Virus record (IMG/VR): IMGVR_UViG_3300048597_000056
Location: 1-54,057 of that record
Reading direction: 5' to 3' (one strand)
DNA from: a virus
Taxonomy: Duplodnaviria; Caudoviricetes
DNA length: 54,057 nucleotides
The position numbers and the translations under genes were made by a program. Shown piece after piece: positions 45,117 through 54,057 of the stretch (the first letter of the stretch is position 1; each line of letters begins with the position of its first letter). The notes below the pieces were generated by a model, which was given only the letters and a program-made list of their open reading frames with translations, searched no databases and was not told the origin of the DNA.

Positions 45117-47133
45117 TCTCAATAAGACTGTTGGCATTGTTTTTGAAAGTCAGGACAAAGTAGGTCCTGTAGTAGAAAACATTGCGAATAGTCTCAGCAA
45201 GCTTGAACGACAACAGCAGTTGTCGGCGGCGCAAGCGTTGCAGTCCGCCGCCGCCGAGGAAAAGTGGGCGGCGTCTGCCATCAAGGCGCAATTGGAGGCT
45301 GAGAAGTTAGCCGCCGATCAAGAAAAGCTAGGTATTGAGACCCAGCAAGCCGCCACAAAAGCTGACACTGCGGCAGATGACTTCAATCGTCTGTCATTGG
45401 TCTTCAAAGCAATCGCTGGTTCAATCGTCGTAAAGGAGTTTCTCGATGCTAATGCTGCGATTGAAAAGCTTCGTCTAGGCTTTGAATCCGTCACCGGTAC
45501 AAGCGCCGCCGCCGCCCGAGAACTTGAATTCGTACGTGACGCTGCCGATCGGCTCGGCGTTAAAACTGAAGAGGCCGGTTTTGCCTATCTTCGTTTGGCC
45601 GCCGCGACAAAAGGCTCTACGCTTGAGGGCGAAGGTGCTCGCGCTATCTTTGAGGCAGTCACAAAGCAACTCGTGCTGCTTGGCGGGTCGAGTGCAGACG
45701 TTACCGGTGCGCTGATTCAGGTTGCACAGGGAATCAGCAAGGGGAAATTTGAGCTCGAAGACCTTAAGAGCATTGCCGAGCGCATGCCGGGATTCTTCGA
45801 CAAGTTTGCAGAATCACTTGGCAAGACGACGCCGGAACTGTTCAAACTGATCGAGCAGGGGAAGATCGGCGGTCCGGAGTTTCTGAAGTTTGCAAACACG
45901 GTTAACGCCGCGATCGGATCAATCGACGTTGACACTTACGAAGCGCAGACGGCGCGGCTGTCGAATGCATCGAAGGATTTAGCGGTAGCGCTTGGTGACG
46001 CGGGGCTATTCAACGCCGCCACTAAATCAATCGAGGTTCTCGCTGGAAGCATCAAGGGCATCCCTGGGCTATTTGAGAAGTTCCGCGACGGTGCCAAAGA
46101 AGCTTGGGCTTCACTAAGCGCTGGCGAAGGCACGATAAAGATTATTCGTGAGAGTCTCGCTGAGTCGGAAGTCGGCGCGCAAAAGTTTCTTGGCACGTTT
46201 GAAAACGGCGCTGAAAGTGTTAATCTTTTTGCCGATGAAGCGGCGAAATACATAGAAGAAACCGCCGGAGGCTTTAATCTTTTTGCCGGCGAAGCGGCAA
46301 AGTACATCGCGGCCACAAAGGAGATCGACGCCGCGTACAAACTCCTTGGCATCAACTCCGAAAAAGTCAACGCAGACTTCATCGGGGCATTTGAAAAGAT
46401 TGCTGCGGGGGCGACTGCGACAGGAAAGGTTGTTCTAGAAGCCTTCAGCAAGGCACTTCCAAAACTCGAAGGCGGCGATGACTTTGTGCGCGCTATGGAG
46501 GCGCTTAACAAAGCGTACGAAAACGGAACAATCAACGCCACACAGCACCGAAAGGCTGCGGAGGATTTAGGCAAGGCGCTGGAAAAAACGGTCGGCCCGT
46601 CCGATGATGTCAAAAAGGCTTTTGAGGCCCAGCAAAAGGAAATCACTCGCGCTAAAGAAGCCGCCGAGAAGTACCAGCTAGAACTAGAAAAGCTCGCCGC
46701 GAACGAACGCATCAAGCTGATCGAGGCCCGCGTCCAGTTGAACGTCGCGCAGATCGAGGCGGACACGAAGCGCATTGAAGCGGCGTTCGATAGCATCAAC
46801 TCCGTTGTTGGCGACACGAACGAGCTGATCGGCAACCTGTTCGGCATCCTGGCCGACCCCAATCTGGAGTGGGCGCAGATCAGGGCGATCGAGGATCAGA
46901 TCGCAAAGGAAAACCTGATTAAGCAAGGTCAACTCGAACTGCAGCGCAAGTTGATCGAGGCGCAGATCATGAAGCTCAACGCCGAGACAGCGAACATCAT
47001 CAAGGGCGACGCGCTGATCAAGATAGACGGCGCCGGGCTACAGCCGCACTTGGAGGGGTTCATGTGGGAAATCCTGCGCACGATCCAGATGCGCGCGAAT
47101 CGGGACGGCCGCGCGCTGTTACTGGGACTCTGA
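45109..47133 (+). CDS. Tape measure protein
   Basis: GALIQVAQGISKGKFELEDLKSIAERMPG tape-measure domain; helical; NLFAxEAAKYI repeated 18 aa apart. Confidence 0.9.
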   Translation: MADLNKTVGIVFESQDKVGPVVENIANSLSKLERQQQLSAAQALQSAAAEEKWAASAIKAQLEAEKLAADQEKLGIETQQAATKADTAADDFNRLSLVFKAIAGSIVVKEFLDANAAIEKLRLGFESVTGTSAAAARELEFVRDAADRLGVKTEEAGFAYLRLAAATKGSTLEGEGARAIFEAVTKQLVLLGGSSADVTGALIQVAQGISKGKFELEDLKSIAERMPGFFDKFAESLGKTTPELFKLIEQGKIGGPEFLKFANTVNAAIGSIDVDTYEAQTARLSNASKDLAVALGDAGLFNAATKSIEVLAGSIKGIPGLFEKFRDGAKEAWASLSAGEGTIKIIRESLAESEVGAQKFLGTFENGAESVNLFADEAAKYIEETAGGFNLFAGEAAKYIAATKEIDAAYKLLGINSEKVNADFIGAFEKIAAGATATGKVVLEAFSKALPKLEGGDDFVRAMEALNKAYENGTINATQHRKAAEDLGKALEKTVGPSDDVKKAFEAQQKEITRAKEAAEKYQLELEKLAANERIKLIEARVQLNVAQIEADTKRIEAAFDSINSVVGDTNELIGNLFGILADPNLEWAQIRAIEDQIAKENLIKQGQLELQRKLIEAQIMKLNAETANIIKGDALIKIDGAGLQPHLEGFMWEILRTIQMRANRDGRALLLGL

Positions 47134-47134
47134 C

Positions 47135-47494
47135 ATGCTGAACGTCGTTGCGTCGCACGTGTGGGACCTGGCCGGCTACGTCGAGCTGGAAGTTGACAAC
47201 AGCAACACATCCGGCCCGACGCGCCGCCGCGTCTCGCGCATCGCCACGCTGGACGGTGGCGCGGTGTTCAACGATGCGGGCTACACAGAAGCTGATCGCA
47301 CCATCGAGCTGTCGTGGAATTCCGCGCTGCAATCAGCTACGGCCGATGCGGACATTGATCGTCTTGTGCGCACCTATACCCGCGTCGTCGTCGTCACGCG
47401 CAGCGGCGCCTATCTCGCCTCGCCCGAAGCGTTCACGCCCGGCGCGCCCGACTCGCGGCTGAAGCTTCTCATCGTTTCCAAACTATCCTCGTAG
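47135..47494 (+). CDS. Distal tail protein-like
   Basis: RRVSRIATLDGG motif; follows the tape measure. Confidence 0.65.
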   Translation: MLNVVASHVWDLAGYVELEVDNSNTSGPTRRRVSRIATLDGGAVFNDAGYTEADRTIELSWNSALQSATADADIDRLVRTYTRVVVVTRSGAYLASPEAFTPGAPDSRLKLLIVSKLSS

Positions 47495-47504
47495 GGAGCC
47501 CACT

Positions 47505-47894
47505 ATGCCCGCACCAGCACAAGCCACCTTCAGCGCCGAGTCGCTGATTGCCGCGCACACCGCGCTCCTGAACCTGATCGACACGGGTACGGCCGGCTCG
47601 ATCAAGATTTACGACAACTCCGACGTGCTGCTCGCACAGATCACGCTCGACGACCCGGCCGGCACCGTCAACGGCACGACGGGGCAACTCACGATCACGA
47701 TGGACGGGCGCGACGAGTCGGCCAATTCCTCAGGTACAGCAGCCTACGCAACCATTTGCGAGTCTGACGGCACGGTTCACCTATCCTTGCCTGCGCAGGC
47801 CGGCGCCTCGCCCGTGAGCGGCAAGATCGTGCTCAATACGCTCACCATCGTGTCCGGGTTGCCGGTGGAAATCCTGACTGTGACCATCGGGTGA
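47505..47894 (+). CDS. Small beta-rich virion protein (resembles 28051-28437)
   Basis: GGAG SD; similar length and motif order. Confidence 0.75.
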   Translation: MPAPAQATFSAESLIAAHTALLNLIDTGTAGSIKIYDNSDVLLAQITLDDPAGTVNGTTGQLTITMDGRDESANSSGTAAYATICESDGTVHLSLPAQAGASPVSGKIVLNTLTIVSGLPVEILTVTIG

Positions 47895-47898
47895 TCCG

Positions 47899-50154
47899 TT
47901 GGCTGATCCGAACTATGCAGACGTTTCGCTGCTGTTGCACTGCAACGGCACGGACGCCTCCACGACCTTCACGGACAGCGGCCCGGTCGGCCACACCGTC
48001 ACGGCGAACGGCAATGCGCAGCTAGACACCGCGCAACAGAAGTGGGGCACGGCGGCGGCGCTGTTCGACAGCACGACCGACTACCTCACCGTCCCAAACC
48101 ACACAAGCCTAGAACTCGCAACAGGCGATTTCACGGTTGAGTTTTGGGTTCGACTAGCCGACACAAGCGCCGGCACGCTGATGTCCCGGGGCAGCGTCGG
48201 CGCGCAGTGGTATGTCTACTACGACGGCGATGTCGTCAACTTCCTCTTCAACACCAACGAGGAAGGTCCGCTTGCAATCTCCGGCACGAACTCTTTATCG
48301 AGTGGTGTTTGGTATCACGTTGCCGTGGTTCGCAACGGCGACAACATCACGATCTATGACGATGGAGATGAGGGGCAAACTGCACCGCTGAGCGGCACGG
48401 ACGACATTGTTTCCTCCACCGCCACGCTCGCAATCGGGGCGCACAGCGATGGCAGTGATTCGATCAATGCTTGGCTCGACGACATTCGGATCACCAAGGG
48501 TGTTGCGCGCTACACCGCCGCCTTCACGCCGCCCACGGCGGAGTTTTCCGACAGCGCGAGCGACGACGTTACCGGGTACATTGCTGCGGCCGCCATCCTG
48601 GGCGGCGTCGATGGGGCGAAGCTGTTTGGAGAGGCGACACAGATCGAGGAGCAGTACTTTGCGAACGTCAAGCTGCTGCTGCACTGCGACGGAAGCGACG
48701 CCTCGACGACGTTCACCGATAACAGCTCGCTGGCGCACACCGTCACGGCGAACGGCAACGCGCAGATCGACACGGCGCAAAGCAAGTGGGGCGGCGCGTC
48801 GGGTTTGTTCGATGGCACCGGCGACTACCTGACCGTCCCAGACCACGCAGACCTGATCCTGACGTCGGGCGATTGGACGGTCGAGTGCTGGTTGCGGCTG
48901 AACAGTCTGGCGGCCAACGCGATAATCATGCAGCGTGCCGTGGGCACGGGCATCTACCCGTGGCAGTTTTGGTTCGATTCGTCCACGGCGAAATTCGGAT
49001 TTCGCGGCTTCAACACAAGCGCGAACACCGAATTTGATCTGCTGTCGAGCGTTGTCACGACGGGGGTCTGGTATCACCTTGCCGGTGTGCGTGACGGCAA
49101 CACGATGCGCTTCTTTTTGGACGGCGTGTCGCAGGGCACAGATACCGTTTCGATTGCGCTTGCGACAACTTCATCTACTTCACTGTCCATCGGCGCCGCA
49201 AACACCGGCAGCACATCGTTTAACGGCTGGATAGACGACGTTCGGATCACGAAGGGCACGGCGCGCTACACAGCCAACTTCACGCCGCCCACAGCCGCCT
49301 TCCCGAACGGAAATAACGTCTACGGCTACGTCTCGACGGCGCACATGATGGGTGCGCCGGCTCTGCTTGGCGGCACAGGCGTGGATGGCTCGATCTCTGT
49401 CGGAACGCTTATCGGTTCGCCGAGGTTGTACGGCGGGCTAGCGGTTGGAACAATCTCAACTTCCGCCATCCTTGGCGGCTCTGCAGGCGCAGCGGTATTC
49501 GGGTCGCTGGTGTTCGGCCGCGTAGTGATGCCGACGATCCTCGGTGGGGCGAGTGGCGCATTGCTTCTTGCTACACACGACTTTTCGGCCGCGGTCACTG
49601 ACCGCCCGACGCAGTACGTCATGGACCTGTTGACCGATGAGTCCGCAGACACGCGCGTGCGTGTTCCGATCAGCTCGTGGCAGGGCACGCAGCAGACGGA
49701 CAACGACAGCTACCTGGGGTGCGTTGTGCCGGCGTGTTCGCCGTGGCTCGAAACGCTGGACATCGCCACGCACTTCATCATCAGCCGCCGCGTCACGCTG
49801 GATGACGGATCGGTGCTTGAATCCGAGATGGCGCGCTCGCCGCTGGAGACGCTCCAGACCGACGAAGGCCCGACCAATTACACCGCGTCGCTGTCTGGGT
49901 ACAGTGATCCGTACACATCGGATGCAGACCCGGACGCTGCGCGGGACCGCACGCTGCAAGGCATCCGCTCAATCAGCGTCTACGAGTCAGGGGTGCGCAT
50001 TCGGTGCGCAATCGACTGGTTCTTGCGGCCCGCGCAGCGGGCTTTCTACGGCGATACCTCGTTCATCGTCTCCTATATCAATTACTACGTCACCGCGAAC
50101 ACCGCCAGCGTGGACGAGTACATGGACGTGGGCGAACGGATCGCGGAGGCCTGA
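47899..50154 (+). CDS. Tail protein with two tandem LamG/concanavalin-like domains and a C-terminal hub-like domain
   Basis: Duplicated LLLHC.G.DASTTFTD...GDFTVEFW...WYHVA...DD.RITKG.ARYT. Confidence 0.85.
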   Translation: MADPNYADVSLLLHCNGTDASTTFTDSGPVGHTVTANGNAQLDTAQQKWGTAAALFDSTTDYLTVPNHTSLELATGDFTVEFWVRLADTSAGTLMSRGSVGAQWYVYYDGDVVNFLFNTNEEGPLAISGTNSLSSGVWYHVAVVRNGDNITIYDDGDEGQTAPLSGTDDIVSSTATLAIGAHSDGSDSINAWLDDIRITKGVARYTAAFTPPTAEFSDSASDDVTGYIAAAAILGGVDGAKLFGEATQIEEQYFANVKLLLHCDGSDASTTFTDNSSLAHTVTANGNAQIDTAQSKWGGASGLFDGTGDYLTVPDHADLILTSGDWTVECWLRLNSLAANAIIMQRAVGTGIYPWQFWFDSSTAKFGFRGFNTSANTEFDLLSSVVTTGVWYHLAGVRDGNTMRFFLDGVSQGTDTVSIALATTSSTSLSIGAANTGSTSFNGWIDDVRITKGTARYTANFTPPTAAFPNGNNVYGYVSTAHMMGAPALLGGTGVDGSISVGTLIGSPRLYGGLAVGTISTSAILGGSAGAAVFGSLVFGRVVMPTILGGASGALLLATHDFSAAVTDRPTQYVMDLLTDESADTRVRVPISSWQGTQQTDNDSYLGCVVPACSPWLETLDIATHFIISRRVTLDDGSVLESEMARSPLETLQTDEGPTNYTASLSGYSDPYTSDADPDAARDRTLQGIRSISVYESGVRIRCAIDWFLRPAQRAFYGDTSFIVSYINYYVTANTASVDEYMDVGERIAEA

Positions 50155-50157
50155 GCG

Positions 50158-51585
50158 ATGGGCTACGCCACGATCGTCGGGGAAATTGGTGACGGGCGCT
50201 ACACCGTCGAACTCGACTTCGGCGAGGCGCAGCGTGTGGCGCTTCTTGCCTCTATCGCACAAGCGCTCGTTGTCGTCGGTGAAAAGATCGTGGAAGCGAC
50301 CGCGAAAGTTGCCGTTGCCGATGCAGCAAAGGCCGCGCAACAGGCCATCGTCAATGCGGAGGGCGCGGCTTTGCAGGCGCAGGCGAATGCTCTGCCGCCT
50401 GGCTCACCGGCGCCAGACACTAAAGTCTATGACGCAGAAGTCGCCAAACTGCTGGAGATTGAGTTGGCAGGCGAGCCGCGGCGCATCGCGCTTCGGACGC
50501 TCAAGCAAAGCCAAAAGAACCTGCTCGCCAAACAAACGCAGTACACAAATCTTGTGTGCATTGAGCGCCGAAACGCGTGGTGTTGCGATTTGACAGAGGG
50601 CGGAGAAGGAATTGTCGCCACGGTGGACATCCCGGGCGAGTCTGATTTGATCTTGGTTGCGCCAGGGTGCCGGCCGTGGGACGCGACAGATGGCTATTTT
50701 CGTGAACGCGATTTGATGTCGCCGGAGCAATGCTATTACAACGCCGCCGTCTTACCAACGTGGCAGAAATACATGCCCACGTACCGGTGGGGAACGATCA
50801 CATTCATCAACCATGAACTGAACATCGTCAACCTGAACCTGCACGAGTCCACGTCAAGTGCAAATGCCCCGCTGATCAACGTCAACCAAACACCGCAGTT
50901 GAACGGCGTTACTGTTCAGTATATGTCGTGCAACAGCCGAGCGTTTGATGTAGGAGACGACGTTATTGTGCAATTTATTGGCAAGGATTGGGCGCTTCCA
51001 GTGGTCGTGGGTTTCCTTGACAACCCAAAGCCTTGCGGGTTTACTGCGGTTGGGTTGGCCGGTTATGGGTGGGTGACTTCTCAAGCTGCGTTTATCACCA
51101 AGTCGGTTGAATTTGCGGACGCAGTTTTTGATGCGAACGCAGTCGTTGAAGGAAGACTTAATAGCGGAGCGTGGTTTGCCTTGCCCATAAGCACATTTTG
51201 GACGCAGATCCCAAACTTTCAGCGCATATACGAATACAGAGCAAACTACGGCGCAAACCCAAGCACGCCCGACGACTTCCCTCAGTTGCTTTTGACAGTT
51301 CAGCGGGATGTTCAGAATTTTCCTGGCTACCCTGCTGGGTGGTTTCCCACAGCCCCGCCGTCTGGTACCGTTGGCGTAATAAACATCGGACTAGAAACTT
51401 TCTACGGCAGCACCGGGGAAGTATTCGAGGTTCGCATCATTGTCGACGGAGAACTCAAGTTCAATGCCGCCGCAACTACGCAATTTAGTGACCCGGTATA
51501 CGCTAGAAACCGCGATGGGTTTGTGCAGTCATGGGGATACGTACTTGATGAATTAGAAGGCTATCAACTATTTTCGGACGCTTAG
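50158..51585 (+). CDS. Tail tip / central fibre-like protein
   Basis: N-terminal coiled coil; YMSCNSRAFDVGDDVIVQF...PVVVGF motif; lower-GC C-terminal half. Confidence 0.65.
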   Translation: MGYATIVGEIGDGRYTVELDFGEAQRVALLASIAQALVVVGEKIVEATAKVAVADAAKAAQQAIVNAEGAALQAQANALPPGSPAPDTKVYDAEVAKLLEIELAGEPRRIALRTLKQSQKNLLAKQTQYTNLVCIERRNAWCCDLTEGGEGIVATVDIPGESDLILVAPGCRPWDATDGYFRERDLMSPEQCYYNAAVLPTWQKYMPTYRWGTITFINHELNIVNLNLHESTSSANAPLINVNQTPQLNGVTVQYMSCNSRAFDVGDDVIVQFIGKDWALPVVVGFLDNPKPCGFTAVGLAGYGWVTSQAAFITKSVEFADAVFDANAVVEGRLNSGAWFALPISTFWTQIPNFQRIYEYRANYGANPSTPDDFPQLLLTVQRDVQNFPGYPAGWFPTAPPSGTVGVINIGLETFYGSTGEVFEVRIIVDGELKFNAAATTQFSDPVYARNRDGFVQSWGYVLDELEGYQLFSDA

Positions 51586-51589
51586 TTCT

Positions 51590-52048
51590 ATGCCCATCAC
51601 CATCAAAACCGAAGGCATCCCGCAGGCGCAGGCCGCGCTGCGGGCGCTGACAGACATCCCGCGCGACGTGCTGGAGGAGATGGCTCTTGTGGCATTCGCG
51701 GCGATGAAGGGCGGCGCGCAGCGGCACACGGGCGGCGGCGTGTTCACCACGGGCAAGTTGCTGCAGTCGCTGTTCCACGAGCGCGCGCCGCTCAAGCACA
51801 CCGTCGGCCACGACCTCGACACCGCGCGGCACGCCGAGTGGGTCATCTTCGGCGCACGGCCACACCGCATCGTGCCGAAACGCCCGGGAGGCCTCCTGCG
51901 GTTTCAATTGGTGTTTGGCGGGCCGTTCATATTCGCCAAGGCAGTCAACCATCCCGGCTACGCGGGGGACAATTACCGCGACGCAGCCGCAAATGACGCA
52001 CTGGCGCAGTTCGCGCGCATCGTGGACACCGCATTCAAGGAGAAGTGA
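51590..52048 (+). CDS. Neck/tail-completion protein (HK97 gp10-like)
   Basis: TGKLLQS, AEWVIFGARPHRI, FAKAVNHPG motifs. Confidence 0.7.
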   Translation: MPITIKTEGIPQAQAALRALTDIPRDVLEEMALVAFAAMKGGAQRHTGGGVFTTGKLLQSLFHERAPLKHTVGHDLDTARHAEWVIFGARPHRIVPKRPGGLLRFQLVFGGPFIFAKAVNHPGYAGDNYRDAAANDALAQFARIVDTAFKEK

Positions 52049-52051
52049 ATC

Positions 52052-52375
52052 ATGGCACTGACCTACGCTTACCCGGACGCCTATCTTGACACCTACTGCA
52101 CTGAGGAGGTGGAGGGGCGCGCAATCGAGGAGGTGGCGCTGCTGGCCGGCGATCGCACGCTGTCCGCCGAGTGGGAGGAAAGGCTTGTGATCCTGCAAGC
52201 GTACATCCTCGCGGCGCTGGAGAATCAGGCGAAACCGGATGACTTGTTTGCGGCGAAGTTGAAGAACTACCGCGACGAGATGGCCGTACAGTTGCCGCGC
52301 GCCCTGGCCGCGGCGGATGAAACGGCGGACGCCGATGTGTCGTCGGTGTACTCCATCGCAGTGAGCCGCGCATGA
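52052..52375 (+). CDS. Putative head-tail adaptor
   Basis: AAGGAG SD; small acidic helical protein; context. Confidence 0.5.
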   Translation: MALTYAYPDAYLDTYCTEEVEGRAIEEVALLAGDRTLSAEWEERLVILQAYILAALENQAKPDDLFAAKLKNYRDEMAVQLPRALAAADETADADVSSVYSIAVSRA

Positions 52376-53196
52376 GCGGCGCTGCGGAGCTGATGCCGGC
52401 GCTGGAACAGGCGCGCGACGCGCTGCGCGGCATCGCGGGCGTCACGACATGCAAGGTGGGCCGCGAGGCGAACATCTCGCCGAACAGCTACCCGATCATT
52501 CGCGTCGTGCCGATCCGCGCACTGAGCGGCAAGGGCTACTCCGGGCGAACGGTGGAGTCGTGGGTCTTCTTCGGCGCGGCTTTGACCAATGCGGACGGGC
52601 TAGAGGCCGTCTACACGGCCATGTCGGCGCTGGAGGCGGACATCATCGACGTGCTCAGCACCATTGAAGGTCGGTACATCGAGACGCTGAACGATCAAGA
52701 CCAACTCGACCAGGATCAACTCGAACCGTACAAACTCATGGCGATCCGGTGCGAACTGACCGCGCCGGCAACTCCGCATGTGAAGTGCGCGGTCTATTCA
52801 AGCAGCACTGCCGAGACGCTCGGTGCGTCGCCAACGGTTGTCGCACCGTTCACCACTGCGCTGCACAACAGCAACGCGCTGGACTGGACGCAGACACTGG
52901 CCAGCGGGTCGATCGAGCGGCTGCTGAACGGCGCGGCTTCGACCCGGACGCGCGTCACGGTCGCTGGCTACGTGGCCGGCGCGGCGGCGTCCGAAGTCGC
53001 CATCGGCGTCTACGCTGGCGGCACACTCGTCGGGAACCGCACACTGGTGGCCACAACGGGCGCCGGCACGCCGATCGCCTTCGAGGTGGGGGCTACCCAC
53101 ACGGCTGCGATCGACACGGTCTATGACGTGCGGGCTACGGGGACGGCCGGCCCATACGCTTTCACAAAACTGACGCTCACCGCACAACGGGTGTGA
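52372..53196 (+). CDS. Putative tail terminator with extra C-terminal beta domain
   Basis: ATGA overlap; YPIIRVVP N-terminal domain; context. Confidence 0.5.
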   Translation: MSGAAELMPALEQARDALRGIAGVTTCKVGREANISPNSYPIIRVVPIRALSGKGYSGRTVESWVFFGAALTNADGLEAVYTAMSALEADIIDVLSTIEGRYIETLNDQDQLDQDQLEPYKLMAIRCELTAPATPHVKCAVYSSSTAETLGASPTVVAPFTTALHNSNALDWTQTLASGSIERLLNGAASTRTRVTVAGYVAGAAASEVAIGVYAGGTLVGNRTLVATTGAGTPIAFEVGATHTAAIDTVYDVRATGTAGPYAFTKLTLTAQRV

Positions 53197-53200
53197 CGTC

Positions 53201-53476
53201 TTGGGAACCGTTGTGGGCCAAACCGATGAACAGAAGGAGCGCGAGATCGAGCGCAGGACCCAGGAGCGCGTGGCCCTGCTGCTGGATACCCTGGATGCGC
53301 GGCTGCCCACCGAAGCCGAGATGCTGGCTATACGGCAGATGATTCTGAGCGACGGGCGGGTGCGGTGGCTGTGGGGCGCAGCGCGCACAACTGCGATCTG
53401 GATTGCCGCTGTGGTGGCCGGCGTGACGGTGGGCTTCGATGCACTGCGCGCCGCTGTCAGGAGGCTGGTCGAATGA
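53201..53476 (+). CDS. Small membrane protein (one C-terminal TM), lysis-module-like
   Basis: Charged N-terminus, hydrophobic C-terminus; start uncertain. Confidence 0.6.
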   Translation: MGTVVGQTDEQKEREIERRTQERVALLLDTLDARLPTEAEMLAIRQMILSDGRVRWLWGAARTTAIWIAAVVAGVTVGFDALRAAVRRLVE

Positions 53477-53889
53477 ACAGATCGATCCTGCGCATGGACG
53501 GCTTCCTGCGCCGGCTGGAATGGGTGGCGTGGCTGGTGCTGATCCTGTCGCTGGGCCTGGGGCTGGGGCAGGAGATCGGCAGCGCGCCGGCCGGCACGAA
53601 CGTCGGCTCGGGATATTGGGCCTTGGATGTGGCAATGACCGTGCTGATCTTCGCCGCCGCCGGCGTGCAATGCTGGGTGCAGCTGCGCTACCCGGAACAC
53701 GGCACCCGGCTGCAGCGCGTGGCAAGGTGGCTGATGTTCGGCGTGTCCACCGTGTTCGCGTTCCGCTTCGCGTGGATGCTGCACACGCTGGGCGACATCT
53801 ACGCGCCGCCGATCACCGTAGCGGCATTCTCGGTGTACGCCATTGCACAGATGATGCACGGCATCGCCATCGTCGGGTTGCACAAGTAG
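53473..53889 (+). CDS. Four-TM membrane protein
   Basis: GGAGG SD, ATGA overlap; four hydrophobic segments. Confidence 0.7.
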   Translation: MNRSILRMDGFLRRLEWVAWLVLILSLGLGLGQEIGSAPAGTNVGSGYWALDVAMTVLIFAAAGVQCWVQLRYPEHGTRLQRVARWLMFGVSTVFAFRFAWMLHTLGDIYAPPITVAAFSVYAIAQMMHGIAIVGLHK

Positions 53890-53898
53890 GAGGCACGG

Positions 53899-54057
53899 AT
53901 GAAGCTGATCCCCGAATGGCGCCGCGCGTGGCGCATGTTTTCCATGAATTTCGGCGCGCTGGCGCTGGTGTGGCTGGCGCTGCCGGCCGAGGCGCAGAGC
54001 ACCGTGCTGCGCATGCTGCCGGGCATGACCGAAGAGCGGCTCGCGGGCGGGTTGATC
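53899..54057 (+). CDS. 5' part of holin-like protein (continues to 178 across the junction)
   Basis: AGGAGG SD; MKLIPEWRRAWRMFS start familiar from small phage holin-like proteins; two TM segments. Confidence 0.7.
   Translation, partial: MKLIPEWRRAWRMFSMNFGALALVWLALPAEAQSTVLRMLPGMTEERLAGGLI
53931..54057 (+). repeat. Terminal direct repeat, copy 2
   Basis: Identical to 1-127. Confidence 0.95.

Noticed and set aside
47899-49310. Duplicated LamG segments as a diversity-generating retroelement TR/VR pair
   Set aside because: Differences are not adenine-specific and no reverse transcriptase is present; this is an ordinary domain duplication

Overview
This window looks like the complete, circularly permuted genome of a tailed dsDNA phage (53,930 bp unique; bases 1-127 are repeated at 53931-54057). 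It is GC-rich and siphovirus-like, and a betaproteobacterial host is my inference. The leftward early arm (about 0.5-15.3 kb) holds many small accessory genes, a YqaJ exonuclease with a putative annealing protein, and a DUF932-like gene. The divergent control region has a Cro-like gene; I found no CI repressor and no integrase. The rightward middle arm encodes an SNF2 helicase, two DNA methyltransferases, a replication initiator, NinG, and a ParB fusion next to a GREB1/TAGT-like glycosyltransferase. The late arm encodes terminase, a DUF4055 portal, an 11-kb cluster of fibre or appendage-like genes, capsid, tail and membrane/holin-like genes; I recognised no endolysin. The main unexplained structure is an integrase-less array of integron attC sites at 2263-6949 (four complete, two partial). 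Cassette ends are complementary over 8-12 bp, every cassette gene is antisense to the attC polarity, and several genes start or stop inside an attC. One cassette carries a TGT/DpdA-like deazaguanine transglycosylase and a VUT/YhhQ-family precursor transporter. Other observations: a six-site TAGCC-NN-GGCTA operator regulon, a leaderless cro, two genes with apparent ATC/ATA starts, a 32-proline run, and two candidate structured RNA leaders in the late operon. All product calls come from motif recognition by eye; no database searches were run.
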